NCBI GenBank assembly: GCA_026914245.1
Contig: CP110440.1
Span: forward strand, 248,001 to 312,000
Direction of reading: 5' to 3'
Source of the DNA: Puccinia triticina
Taxonomy: Eukaryota
Length of the DNA: 64,000 bases
A program made the translations under genes and the position numbers. The notes below the pieces were generated by a model. The model was not told the origin of the DNA. It did no database searches and saw nothing but the letters and a program-made list of their open reading frames with translations. Each line of letters begins with the position of its first letter. Within the stretch, counting starts at the first letter, position 1. Shown here one piece after another: positions 39,341-52,227 of the stretch.

Positions 39341-41920
39341 ACCGACCCCACCCACGTAGCCCGGGCAGCTGTTACGTTGGACACACCTGCCATCCACTAC
39401 CGCCCCGAGCCTAAGCAAGACTGCTCCTCATCACGTGCCCATGATGGCCCGCGGAGAGCTGCCTTCCCCATCTTGTCGAGCAGGAAACATGGCCCCCTCC
39501 CTGTCGAATCCGGTACAGCCTGGGCTGGTGCTGGCCGCGTGCAAGCCTCTCCTGGAGAGAGGGTCCAGCTCTCCCGCCACCTCATTCAAGGGACTGATCC
39601 AGTTCGATACAGATCGACCCACCCACTAGGACCGGGCATGCTTCCCCCATCGGCCCATCGGGAGATCAAGAAACTCAGACGCACTGACACCGCTTATGGT
39701 GCACAAACGCAATCGCCGGGCTTGGTAAATAAACTCATCACGATCACATCGGCCAGCTACCATGCAAGCATCAAGGCTTGGGCATCAGCTTGTCCAGCCT
39801 GCCCGTCGATCGGGCCCCTCGAGCAGAACAACCTGGGGCTGCGTGCATGGAAAAGTGCTTGATTAATGGAGTGCTCCTTATCTTCAAGAAATCGACGGTA
39901 TCTATAGCTACCCATTCTACACTGAAATAATTTACTCTTATCATCTCATTCAAGCACTTCAGTTCATCTGGATCTAAAGATGGTCGTATATCATTAATGA
40001 GCTGCAGCCAGGTTTCCCCTCTGTATCTAGTTCTCACAGACTGCACACTCGTAGTTGAAGAGGCTGGAGATCCAAACAGCTTCCTCATCCTGAAATTAGA
40101 GATGCCAATGAGCACCTGCCACACTTTGGAAGGTACTTTTATTCCCTTGAAGGTCCCACCTGCAATTGCTGTGTGTTCCATTTTAGTGAAAAGTCATCCA
40201 GGTAGCTGCCCACCTGCCATGGGTACCACTTCCTGCAAGGGTAGACAGGTACATGCTGAATACTGATTTCCATCTCTAATGCACAACTTTTTTGTATGTA
40301 GAATTCACTGCCAGTTCTCAACAAATATCCAAACTACTGTTCAAAATACTGTCTTTTTTTTTTTCTCAAATCATCAACCAGGTGTCACTTCAGAGACAAT
40401 CAGCTTACACCCCTACACCAATGCACATTATAGGAATTTGAGATCAAACACTTTATTACAGCAAGTACCAAGAGCTAATAGTAGTAAACAACTTAACAAA
40501 AATAGGAAGACAAGACATTCAGTAAGGTAAACATAAAGATAAACAAATAAAATCTTGGTATACCTTCTGAAGCTCTAGTCCTAACTATGACTCAAAATTA
40601 GACACTGGGAATGTATAAACACTAGGGAGGGATTTGTTGCACTCTCTAGAGAGTGCCAGACCATAATTTTGCCAGTTGCTAGGTATGATGTGAGCTCAAT
40701 GTCAGCTGTAACTTTGCTCAACTTTCTATCCAATACAAGGGTAACTGTAGGTGAAGTTGTTGTGAAATGATCTATCACTCAATGTCAACACATCATTATC
40801 TCTCTGTTGAGGTTTTTTGTTTGGCTCATCATGACCACAATTTTGGATGCAAGTGTCAATGCACAGAAGTGTTGCCAAGAATTTACATATCCTTATGCTA
40901 AAATATATCTTTAACCAAGTGACAGGCAATATTTTGCATGGTGGAATTGTTTTAATTCAAAAAACAAACAACACTACATTTAAAGTATAGCAAATTCAGA
41001 GGATCACCCAACTTGTGGCCAACAAATCCTAGTGAGTGAAATATTTCTGCCATGATATCTAAATTGATATTTATTGGGGAGGAAACTGTTTTGACATCAA
41101 ATTTCTGTTCTTCAAGTATCAAACAGTGTCAAAGCTAGGAAAACCTGTGTGAAATGCAATTTGACTCCCAGCAATTTGAAATGTGAAAATACTGGATTCA
41201 CTTAATTTCCCTATTGCTTTTACCACGTTATGGAACTTTGAAGAATTTTAAATTCTGAAGTGGGTTGGAGGCAGCTTGCCTCACATGTACATATGTATAC
41301 TTGCTTGGATATTCATAACCATACCCAGTGGGTTTTCTGAAGTGTCCCCCGGGGATTGTTATTTTCTTCTGTAATGTCCACCCTCACATCTGGGAAAACA
41401 TAGCTGTGGATATTGGCAAGTAGCTTGCACATGTACTGGGACTCAATGGACAGTGTGTGATGTTCATTGCGCTATAGAAGTCCCAATTGACACCCAGTAA
41501 CTGCCTACCAAGCTCAGATAGGCCCAGATTGATGACCAGCATGTGCTGGTCATTGGGCTGTGGCTTTGCTGGCTCAATGACAAGCACAAACTGGTCATCC
41601 AGTTGGCAGATTGTTGAGTTTGTTGTGTGAAAGGATGGGGCATCTCTGTGAATGTGTCATTGTCCCTGGCTCATGTTCCCCGCTCACCTTTCTTGCTCCT
41701 CAAGCTTCCCTCCATGCTCATCTTTCTTACTCCTCAAGCTTCCCCACTCACTCTTGCTCATCTCTATCTGCTCACTTGCCTTCTTTCTGTCACCCTTTCA
41801 CTTCCTCAAAGCTCCTTGCTCTAAACTTTGTTGATAACTTCAAGCTTCACTTGTCACCACACAACTCTTCCACCAATTTGGCCATTGGCTGATCTCATTT
41901 CCCTCTCTTTCCTTTCCTTA

Positions 41921-42804
41921 CACCAGGGGAGATATGTTTCCACTCCCCAGGGAGTGCCAGAGCTGAATTTGATGTGAGTTTTGAAGGATAGGAGAGCAAA
42001 ATTGCCATTCTTGAATGTAATTCCTGTAAAAAAAATGAGCTTCTTGTAATTCACATTATATGCCCTCATGTACAAAATTAAAGTAAAAGTCAACTTGGTA
42101 TTATTGGGTTTAGAATTTTGGAATGTGGTAATGTTGCAGTAAAATTAGTGAAACCCATTTTCTTGGAAATGCTGTAATTAATTTGAATTTGGCTAAAAAA
42201 ATGTTGATAAACTATTGTATTGGGGTGAAAGTCTGAGGTAAGTCAAGGTTGGATTGCAGTGCCACCCCAGTTTGGCCACATATCCTGGCCTCTTCACAAA
42301 AATGATTGTGTGATTTCTTTGTTTTTTTTGCTTTTCAAAATCCACATGTGCACATGCAAGTGAACTTTTTTGCACTTTGCTAATAGTCACCCTAATGTAC
42401 GCACGTACATTGAGGTGGAAATATCACAGGATGGGCCTTTCACAGCCACATGAAAAGTAAAAACTTTGTGTTGAGACACCAATTGTCCCCCTGATGTACG
42501 CGAGTACATGAGGGGGACAATATGACATACTGCGCCTTTCACATCCCCATGAAAAGGACACACTGGTCATGGAGCCAAGAAAGGCCTATATTTTGGATGA
42601 GTTCTGGATGAATTCCAGATGAGTTCTGGATTATTCCTTGGCAAGTTATGGTTTATTTCAGGATGATTTCCAACTGATTTCAAGCTGACTTCCAGTCTTG
42701 TTCATACCTACTCAATATTTCTTTACCAAAGGCCTCCAGCACAGTTATGGAAAAAAGTTACAGTAAGGCACTCCCTGGGGAGTGGGAACATATCTCCCCT
42801 GGTG
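41921..42804. mobile_element. CACTA/CMC-like non-autonomous element, copy 1 (884 bp)
   Basis: TIRs CACCAGGGGAGATATGTT.C.CACTCCCCAGGGAGTGCC and its reverse complement; 3-bp TSD TTA. Homologous copy at 50973-52065. Confidence 0.85.
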
Positions 42805-43383
42805 TTAGTTACCTTGTCTCCTTCTCTTATATTTTGTGGTTTTCTCATATTTGGTAAACCTCATCTCTTTGTCCTCATCTTCTGATTTCCACTCTTCTAC
42901 TTGTGATCTTTTTCTAACTTGTTTTTTATTCAGTCTGGTTCTGTTTTCTCAGCAATAAAACCCAAATCTGAACATTGATATGTGATCAAAAGTGGATTAA
43001 GGTCATTTGGGTTGGATGGCCAATTGAGTTTGTGGTTCTTCTCAAGTCTAAATTTCACACACTCTTGCTGAGGGCTAACCCCTAAACCCCAACCAGGCTA
43101 AATGTTAGAATTTCAGCTTCTCTCCTCTTACTTACCCCAAAAAATCACTTTTCTTTTATGTTCATGTTTATTTAGGACCCGTTTGGAGCCAACATAAATA
43201 TAGGGGATATAATCATTTGTAAATTCAATAAAAAATACAAAACTTAACATAAAGAATCCATTTTTTTTGTAGGAAGCCTAAAGTACTGGTCTCATCAACT
43301 ATGAAGTCAGATTTAACTGATTCAGCCATCTTCAGCACCATAATACCATTATATTGCTTTGTTTTGGTCAAAAGCAATATAAT

Positions 43384-43599
43384 CACCAGGGAAAATGTGA
43401 TGACAGCTGGTGGCAGGTGACATTGAGTAAAACATTTTCAGACACCTGAGCTACTGTCGCAAGACTCCATTATCAAAACAATGGCCCCTTTTTGTTCATT
43501 GGGGAGTCCCACTCAATGGGTTTTGGAGTATGATTGGAGACTGAACAAGAGTCTTCTTCACATCACCTGCCCTCAGGTGACCTCAATTTTTCCCTGGTG
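43384..43599. mobile_element. Small CACTA-like MITE (216 bp)
   Basis: TIRs CACCAGGGAAAA / TTTTCCCTGGTG, TSD AAT; absent from the 44573-44959 copy of the host element. Confidence 0.8.
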
Positions 43600-44572
43600 A
43601 ATGGTACTACAGTACTGAATATGGCTGAATCAGTTGAATCTGACTTCATAATTGAAGAGACCAGTATTGTAGGTTGCCTAGAAAAAATATTTGGGGGATT
43701 TATGTTGAATTTTGTAGTTTTCATTGAATTAACCAATGATTATATCACCTATATTTACGGGTTTAGGGCCTGTACCATAGCGGCTCAAAAAGCTGTTTTT
43801 TGGCTGGAAAACAACTTTCCTCACAGAAAACAGTTTCCCCTCAAAAATGTGTACCACAACACCTGTTTCTGGGGGAAATCAGAACTTGTTTTTTGCTCAA
43901 AACGATCAATTTCCAGAAACAGGTCTGACCCTGTTTCTCATGTGTGTTTTCCTTCTGCTGAGCCCCCTTCAACCAAGACACCGGGGCCTCTCTCAGCCAA
44001 TGCAACATGTGTATTGGTCTCTCTCTTATCTCGGACCAATGCAACATATGTATTGGTCCATCTCTCACCTCAGACCGACCCATGATCACCTTGGACCAAC
44101 TCAACAACTCGGTCCGTCTATCCTCCCAGACTGATATTATCAGTCTGAGAGGAATTCTCTCCTTCCTCTCCAACCAATACAACTAGATCGGTTGGAGAGG
44201 AAGAGAGAGGGTTCTGCCACCAATACTATGTATTGAGTAGCTCTCTCCCCCTTCCTCTCGGACCGCTCTATTGGATCAGTCCAAGAGGAATCCTCCCCTT
44301 CTTCCTCTCTGCCCGATATACAATTGGCCCAAGAGGAAGAAGGGGAGTGTTTCCCTCAGATCAATACATTTTATTGGTCTGATGGGATCTCATCTTGGAC
44401 CAATACACAATGAATGTATCGGTCTAGTGTTGAGGACCTTCCATCCCCCCCGGACCCATGTGTTATGTATTTATGTATGTACATACACAGTTTGGGCCAG
44501 GAGAGAAGTGCATGAAGCCTGCAGTTGTGGTACATGATTATGGGAGGCCGTTTTTACCTCTTGATAAACTGA

Positions 44573-44959
44573 GGCCCCGTTTGGAGCCAATATAAATATA
44601 GGTGACATGATCATTTGTAAATTCAATAAAAAATACAAAACTCAACATAAAGCCTCCAATTTTTTTTTTGTAGGAAAACTACATTACTGGTCTCATCAAC
44701 TATGAAGTCAGATTTAACTGATTCAGCCATCTTCAGCACCATAATACCATTATATTGCTTTGTTTTGGTCAAAAGCAATATAATGGTACTACAGTACTGA
44801 ATATGGCTGAATCAGTTGAATCTGACTTCATAATTGAAGAGACCAGTATTGTAGGTTGCCCGGAAAAAATATTTGGAGGCTTTATGTTGAATTTTGTAGT
44901 TTTCATTGAATTAACCAATGATTATATCACCTATATTTATATTGGCTCCAAACAAAGCC
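44573..44959. mobile_element. Tourist-like MITE (387 bp), same family as 43175-47673
   Basis: GGCCCCGTTTGGAGCCAATATAAATATAGG / CCTATATTTATATTGGCTCCAAACAAAGCC; TSD TGA. Confidence 0.85.
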
Positions 44960-44962
44960 TGA

Positions 44963-45123
44963 GGCCCCGTTTGGCTGCCGCGTTATACGTCATAAATGGT
45001 CGAATTTATGACGCGCAACCCCCGGGGGTTTCAAAGTTTTGGTGGCAACGGGGGGCAAACTTTGGGTCGCGGCGTCATAAATTCAACCATTTATGACGTA
45101 TACCGCGGCAGCCAAACGGGGCC
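44963..45123. mobile_element. Tourist-like MITE (161 bp)
   Basis: Near-perfect hairpin GGCCCCGTTTGGCTGCCGCG / CGCGGCAGCCAAACGGGGCC; flanked by TGA, sharing the middle TGA with the adjacent MITE. Confidence 0.88.
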
Positions 45124-46288
45124 TGAATATTGAAAAAAAGAAAACTGTTTTCCTTGCGCGGGAAAAACAGATTTTGTATGGTACAGGCCCTTACTTTGCG
45201 AACGGAGGGAAACTCGTTGCGCACGGGAATTTCCGTTGACTCAATGTCACGTGACGTTGGGCCCCCCTCCGTGCGCGCCACCAGCTCCCCTCAAAAAACT
45301 ATCCGCACACGGGGGTGCCGTGCGGTGACAGGTGGCCGGGTTGAGACACTCCGGCCATCCGGAGGAAACAAAACCCTTGATGACCGGCACAGACCGGTCA
45401 TCAAGAGACTACATCCCTCTCGATGACCGGAATAGACCGGTCATCAGGAGGTTACATCCCTCCCAATGACCGGCACAGATCGGTCATCAAGAGGGTATAT
45501 CACATCTCTCTTGATGACCGGCATTCCGGTCATTGAGAGGACACATCCCCCTTGATGACCGGTACAGACCGGTCATTGAGAGGCTACATCCCTCTCGATG
45601 ACCGGAATAGACCGGTCATCGAGAGGGATGTAGCCTCTCGATGACCGGTCTATTCCGGTCATCAGGAGGTTACATCCCTCCCGATGACCGGAGTAGACCG
45701 GTCACCGAGAGGACACATCTCTCTCAATGACCGGCATTCAGGTCATCGAGAGGACACATCTCTCTTAATGACCGGCATTCCGGTCATCAAGAGAACACAT
45801 CCCTCTTGATGACTTGCATAGACCGGTCATCAAGAGGGATGTGTCCCCTCGATGACCGGTCTATTCCGGTCATCCATTGGGAGGGATGTAACCTCCCGAT
45901 GACCGGTCTATTCCGGTCATTGAGAGGGATGTCGCCTCCCGATGACCGGTCTATTCCGGTCATCAAGAGGGATGTTGCCTCCCGATGACCGGTCTATTCC
46001 GGTCATCGAGAGGGATGTAGCCTCTCAATGACTGGTCTATGCCGGTCAGTGAGAGGGATGTAGCCTCCCGATGACCGGTCTATTCCGGTCATTGAGAGGA
46101 TTGTAGCCTCCCAATGACCGGTCTGTACCGGTCATTGAGAGGGATGTAGCCTCCCGATGACCGGCCTGTACCGGTCATCAAGGGGGATGTGTCCTCTCGA
46201 TGACCGGAATGCCGGTCATCAAGAGAGATGTGATATACCCTCTCAATGACCGGTCTGTGCCGGTCATTGAGGGGATTGTTTCCTCCGG

Positions 46289-47475
46289 TGTGGTAGACGG
46301 AAAAGTGAAAAATCAGACGTTTTTTCTATACTACATATTTACTCACAATACGCCTCAAGATACTACCAAATGGACCTCAGAAATGGATTCTACGGCCAAT
46401 TTTACCCTTATTCACCACTGGAAGCGTCACTGGAACCCTGCTGGATTGGAAGTTACACCCTCTTGGACCCTCATGGACACGGCCAGCCCCAGTCATCAAC
46501 CTGTCACAACCCTCAAGTCACCTTTCCCAGGTATACACATACTCAGAACCAGACAAACACATAATCTTTTCTATCCCTCTTATCTCCACTGCTTATGCAG
46601 GGGACCAACCCCATTTCTTCTGTATTTGACATGTCCCCGCCTCATTTATGCACCCCTTGCAGCTGCATGCAGTCTTCTGACCCCATTTCTGCACTCCTTG
46701 AATTAGTCTGACACCACTCATGCACCCCTTGCATGAAGTACCCCTGTATTTGACATTTCCCCGCTTCATTTATGCACTCCTTGCATTAGTATGACATCAT
46801 CTTTCATTTCTCACCCCACTTTTTTCCTGTATTTAGTATCTTCTGACACCACTTGTACGCAGCCCACCAGCTAAAATCCCTCATCCAGGGTCCCCCTTGT
46901 AGCTAAAATCCCTCACATTTGTCTATATAAGGAGCTCTCTCCCCCCCAGTTGTTTTTCCCTCAGTTCAGTACCCACCAGTTATACAGAAAACACCCATTA
47001 GCCTTTATCATCACCCTTACACTTTATAACATTACCATATCATCCCTCTCATCTGCAATAACCACTGAGCTCACTCTCATATTCTCATACTCTCATATCT
47101 CCTGGTTGCATATCACGCACCTGTCACGAGTTACCCGGTTCTTGGTTCAACTCCCAACTGAGACATATACCCTTCTCAGTCCAGACACTCCTCTCAACTT
47201 CTTATATCACCCTCTTGAGGACCTGTGTTCAACCCCCACTGGAAACATCAAGTCAACTTTCACCCTTTCCGTCATCATAAACCCTCTCAACTCTCACATA
47301 CCTGTCATCAAACAACTTCATCTGGAACTAGACCAGACCTATCACTTGATTAAAACTTGCCAAGCTTAGCTTGGTGGGTCTTGTTATCTGATAGTATAGA
47401 AGGGCAGAGTTTGCACCTCCATCATCCCGTTCTCCATTCAGCAAAAGGGTTTTGCAACCGCTTTTGAGTCTTACA
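46289..47475. mobile_element. Probable solo LTR (1187 bp)
   Basis: TGT...ACA ends and 4-bp TSD CCGG. It interrupts the right arm of the foldback, whose empty site TTTCCTCCGGATGGCC can be read from the left arm. TATATAA-like box at ~46925. Confidence 0.75.
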
Positions 47476-47918
47476 CCGGATGGCCGGAGTGCTTCACCCC
47501 GGCCACCTGTCACCGCACCCCGTGTGCGGATAGTTTTTGAGGGAAGCTGGTGGAGCGCACGGAGGGGGGCCCAATGTCACGTGACGTCAAGTCAACAGAA
47601 ATTCCCGTGCGCAACGAGTTTCCCTCCGTGCGCGAAGTAAACCCACATATTTATATTGGCTCCAAACGGGGCCTTAATGTTTTAGTCTGTAATTGATCTA
47701 ATATTATACTATATGGTGGCCTCTTGTAGTCTAGAACTCTGAGGAATAATTTCTTATTCAAAACATATCTCCTTATTATCTTATGGGTCTTGATTAATTG
47801 GCTCCCTAATCCCAAACGGCGCCTGCGTTGGGAGGACCGCTTGTCAATGTTGTACCCAGGTTGCACAGACAAAAAATTGACCTGGGCACATTCTGGGAGT
47901 CAGAATTTGAATTTATAA

Positions 47919-49219
47919 GGGCCTGTACCATACAAAATTTGTTTTTCCTGCATGAGGAAAACAACTTTCTCTTTTTTCAATATTTGGTTTATCAAGGAAT
48001 AAAAACAGCTCTCCATAAATTTGTACCATAACCACAATTTCCCTGCTGCAAGAATCTTTGCTGCTTGGACTGTGTATGTACATACATACATAACAAATTA
48101 TGTAGTCCAAGGCCAACAGGGTTCCTCAACACCAGGCCAATATACATGTATTGGTCCACAAGAAAAGGCAGGAGGGCCAAAACTCTCCCTTCCTCTCAGA
48201 CCAATCTAGCTGTGTTGGTTGGAGTGGAAGAGGGAGATGATTCTACTCTGACCAATAAACCGACTGTTCCGTCCAAGGGAAAAGAGGAGACAAATCCCCT
48301 CAGACAAAAAAATTGTACTGGTCCAAGGGGAACACACCCCTTCTTCCTCTTGGGCTGATCTAGTTAAATTTGGAGGAGAGGAATAAGGGGTGGTTTTGAC
48401 CAACATGTACATAGACTGTTCAGTCCAAGGGGGATTGCAAGGGAGACACCTGGAGGGAGTAGATTAGACAGATCCTATCATACCAATACCTATACATCTT
48501 ATTTGTCCAGGGGGGGGGGCACTCCCCTACTTGCTCTTGGAACAATCTAATTATATCAGGTGGAGAGGGAGAAGGGGAAAATTTTTGAGGGGAAACTGTT
48601 TTCTGTAAGAAAAGCTGATTTCTGGCCAAAAAATGTGAAATTCCAAATAGGTGGCAGTGACCAGGGGCCTGAATGACGGGATGTGTGAGAAGCAAACTAA
48701 GAAAGAACAAGCACCTGTGAAATGCCAAATGGGCGGCAGTGAGCAGCGGGCCAAATGATGGGACGTGTGAGAAGTGAAATAAGAAAGAACAAGTATTTGT
48801 TGAGGGTGCGGGAAATGAGAGGACAAGAAAGAAGTGAGTGAATGGCAGTTCAAGGAAAAAAGAGAGAAAGCTACCCGAAAAAAGAACAAAACAAGAAGTG
48901 AAGTGATACTTGTGAAATGCTGAATGGGTGGCAGTGAGCAGTGGGCCAAATGATGGGACGTGTGAGAAGCAAATGAAGAGAGAACAAGCACCTGTTGAGG
49001 GTGCGGGTGATGAGAGGACAAGAAAGAAGTGAGTGAGAAAAAGGAAAAACAAGGTGCTAGCTATCATCTAATATAAATGACTGGTGAAACCTAAGCGGAT
49101 GATAGAGAACAATGTGCTCCAGTTATTCCTCCCCTCTCAGCCTTGTTGTTCATGAATCCTGTGACTTGTTGCTGTATCTCAACAAAAAACTGCTTATTGA
49201 GCTGCTATGGCACAGGCCC
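47919..49219. mobile_element. PIF/Harbinger-like non-autonomous element (copy 2, opposite orientation to 43766-45190)
   Basis: GGGCCTGTACCATA / TATGGCACAGGCCC ends; flanks TAA/CAA; subterminal sequences match copy 1 in reverse. Confidence 0.72.
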
Positions 49220-49487
49220 CAAATATTTTTTGGGAGCCAGAAATTTAATTTTTTCAAAAATGCCAAAAATTAAGAAAAATTATAACTCCTCACTGCGGCG
49301 CCCAATCCCCACCAAAGCTTTACAGAGGTCAGAAACCCCTCTCAAGAGCACATGGTGAACTGCATGGCATTATCTCACCCCAGGAATGGGGTGTGCTACT
49401 GTGTACCCATTTTGGCAGGTGTCCTACTAAGGAGCACCATCAAAACCTTAGCCACAGTGCCCCAAAGGGTCCCAAAATTTTACATTA

Positions 49488-49664
49488 GCGGGTATCAAAT
49501 ATGAGAAAATCCACCATTATGTAATTGACGGGTTTGAAAAAACCCACCATTTTTAAAACATGCTGGTCCTTCTTCTACTCAATTTTGGGAACCACTGGTG
49601 AGAAATTTGATTTCCGGCTAATTGACTGGTTTCTAATTGTGGATTTCTCATATTTGATACCCCC
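49488..49664. mobile_element. Small MITE with TA flanks, between ~105-bp direct repeats (~49364-49467 and ~49706-49808)
   Basis: G.GGGTATCAAATATGAGAAA..TCCAC / GTGGATTTCTCATATTTGATACCCCC with TA on both sides. Confidence 0.65.
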
Positions 49665-50142
49665 TATTGCACAGAAAAAGCCCTAAAATCAATAGGGTTA
49701 GCTGAATGGCATTAGCACACCTCAAGAATGGGGTGTGCTACTGTGCGCCCATTTTGGCAGTTTTCCTACTAAGGAACACCACCAAAACCTTAGCCATGGT
49801 GCCCCAAAACTTCTGCCAAGCAATCATTCATCTCGTGAAACTTGACATTGGTATTTTGGTGGTATTTTGGTAAGACCAATACTGAGAGGGCAAAAAAAAA
49901 ATTAAGATTGAAAGATATGAGCGTTTGAGTTCACATAGGTGGCTGAATAAATTTCTCTGGAAGCCTGGGTTGCATGATCAGAACCTATTTTGCTCAAGGC
50001 AGAGAGAAACTGTGTGGTTTGCATATGTGTTTGTTGTCTTTCTGGTTGCTGTTTTGGGGTGGTCTTTGGGTACTGTATGTGTACATGCATGGTCCTTGAT
50101 CAAGGGAAGGAGGATGATGGTTGGCAGCTATTGGGCGTTGAG

Positions 50143-50601
50143 TCACTGGGTGCAGACCTTATTGATCAAATCCAATATTTCTGAAGTTTGACTCCCGCGG
50201 ATTGCAATGCCAGTTTCCCAGTACAACCAGTGCATATATAATTTTTCCGATGTTTCTGAGGTCTCATCCACAACCAGCCAAATAATTGAGTCGAGTTTCA
50301 GTTCTTCAATAGCTTCTGCCCCGCCTGTTTCTTTGTCCAAAGCGGTGATCACAGCTTGCCAGTTCAAACATCTGTACCTCACATTTTCACTGTCATTGAT
50401 TGGTGTTGTTGTTGAATAATAAATGTGGAGATCATCGTCATTGAGAGTGCCGCGGACCATCATGAATGGAAATCGCTCGAACTGCTCGGCCTCAACAATT
50501 GGATTGGCCTGATCAATCTCAACAATGGGATGGATGTGATTATTCATCCCCAAGACATGGGTAATGCAAACTAGAGCAACAACCAAGAATTGGGAAAGCA
50601 T
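50143..50601 (-). CDS. Small secreted protein (candidate effector), 152 aa
   Basis: Hydrophobic signal peptide MLSQFLVVALVCITHVLG, stop-free ORF with protein-like composition in a TE-dense region; no domain recognised. Confidence 0.65.
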   Translation of the reverse strand: MLSQFLVVALVCITHVLGMNNHIHPIVEIDQANPIVEAEQFERFPFMMVRGTLNDDDLHIYYSTTTPINDSENVRYRCLNWQAVITALDKETGGAEAIEELKLDSIIWLVVDETSETSEKLYMHWLYWETGIAIRGSQTSEILDLINKVCTQ

Positions 50602-50972
50602 GATCTGTTGAGTTCTGGTGGATGTGGAGGTGTTACGTCTTAACTATTCTTCTATGTACCAGTATAGATTATTGGAGGGATCTCTCACATGCAACACAGA
50701 ACTCTTTACTCAACCTGCTAATGATTAATTTTGTTGACAAGTAGAGTAGTGCCAAGTGAAGCACTTTGTGCTGATCTTTGGTCAAAGGAAAATGTAATTC
50801 TCTGGATTTCCTATCCTCTTCTCCTTTTCTTCTCCCCCTTTTTCCTTCTTTCCTTTTTCTCTTACACATGGAAAATTTTTGCAAAGTTTTGTCGGAAAAT
50901 CTGTAGCCCTTGGGGCCTCTCTTGTCTTTAGGGATAGTTTCTATCTCAATGCTGGTACCTCATAGTGCGCAA

Positions 50973-52065
50973 CACCAGGGGAGATATGTTCCCACTCCCC
51001 AGGGAGTGCCAGAGCTGAATTTTATGTGAGTTTTGGTCGGATGTGAGCCTGATGTGGATTAGTAACTCATCCCCAAAATAGTAAATTGGATGGAGAAGTT
51101 AGTGAAAAGTCAGTCACAATTGATTTGGAAGTCAACACAATGTTGTGTAGAATTCTTTCGTTTTCTATGTTCAACTGTAGGAAGAAATATGATGAAATGA
51201 TATTTCACCAAAGTCCAACTCATCAATTGCTCCTGTTTACTGCTTTTTAAGGATAGCAAAGCAAAATTCCCATTCTCAAAAGTAATTCCTCCAAAAAAAT
51301 GGGTCTCTTTTAATTCACATTATATGCCCTGATGTACAAAATTAGACTAAAAGTTGACTTGGTATTATTGGGTTTAGATTTTTGGAATGTGGTAATGTTG
51401 CAGTCATTGAAATTGAAACCCATTTTCTTGGAAATGCGGGAATTAATTTGAATTTGGCTGATAAAAATGACAAAAAACTGTTTTAATAGGGTGAAAGTCT
51501 GAGTTAAGTCAAGGTTGGATTGCGGTGCCAATTCACTTTGGCCATATATCCTGTCCTCCTCACGAAAATGATCTAGTGAATTTTGTATTTTTTTGCTTTT
51601 CAAAATTCACATGTGCACATGCAAGTTAACCTTTTTGCACTTTGCTAATAGTCACCCTGATGTACGCGCGTACGTTGAGGTGGAAATATCACAGGATGGG
51701 CCTTTCAAAGCCACATGAAAAGTAAAAAAATTGTTTTGAGACACCAATTGTCCCCCTGATGTACGCGAGTACATGAGGGGGAAAAAATCACAGGCTGGGC
51801 CTTTCACATCTCCATGGAAAGGACACACTGGTCATGGAGCCAAGAAAGGACTATATTCTGGATGAGTTCTGGATGAATTATAGATGAGCTCTGGATGATT
51901 TTTTGGCAAGTTATGGTTTGATGATTTCCAACTGATTTCCACGCTGACTTCCAGTCTTGTTCATACCTATTCAATATTGCTTTACCAAAGGCCTCCAGCT
52001 CAGAGTTATGGAAAAAAGTTACGGTAAGGCAATCCCTGGGGAGTGGGAACATATCTCCCCTGGTG
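50973..52065. mobile_element. CACTA/CMC-like non-autonomous element, copy 2 (1093 bp)
   Basis: Same TIRs as 41921-42804; TSD CAA; carries ~210 bp extra internal sequence. Confidence 0.85.
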
Positions 52066-52085
52066 CAATGTCAAAACAAACTGCA

Positions 52086-52118
<33 letters not shown>

Positions 52119-52227
52119 GCAGAAATGAAGTTTATGTACCCCAAGGTTCCTCTCAGAAAGCCAGTTTCAAGTTTCAACGGTTGGAACATACATCTGACTG
52201 GTGAAACTTGAAACTTGCCAAGCACTA

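Larger units (their letters stand above)
43766..45190. mobile_element. PIF/Harbinger-like non-autonomous element (copy 1)
   Basis: TIRs GGGCCTGTACCATA / TATGGTACAGGCCC, TSD TTA; inserted 8 bp inside the left end of the foldback element. Confidence 0.82.
43758..47645. mobile_element. Foldback element with long TIRs and internal palindromic minisatellite
   Basis: Ends CGGGTTTA|CTTTGCG.. / ..CGCGAAGTAAACCCA; arms ~45194-45380 vs ~46260-46288+47476-47645. Internal ~40-bp repeats with core GATGACCGG-N(4-6)-CCGGTCATC at ~45380-46275. 8-bp TSD with one mismatch (TATATTTA/CATATTTA). Confidence 0.75.
43175..47673. mobile_element. PIF/Harbinger (Tourist-like) MITE, outermost member of the nest
   Basis: Ends GGACCCGTTTGGAGCCAA / TTGGCTCCAAACGGGGCC with TTA on both sides. 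An uninterrupted copy at 44573-44959 gives the empty-site sequences. Confidence 0.8.

Noticed and set aside
39771..40324. 136-aa minus-strand ORF and neighbouring fragment
   Set aside because: CpG-depleted decayed sequence, non-ATG start, no recognisable domain.
43534..45096. Duplicated ORFs containing NGTTVLNMAESVESDF
   Set aside because: Translations of two copies of the same MITE hairpin.
45379..46275. CRISPR-like array of palindromic repeats
   Set aside because: The 'spacers' are themselves repeated, the context is eukaryotic, no cas genes are present, and the array lies inside a TIR element.
45192..47639. Tc1/mariner interpretation (TA TSD) of the foldback element
   Set aside because: The TIR continues (CGGGTTTA/TAAACCCA) past the nested Harbinger-like insertion, so these TAs are internal.
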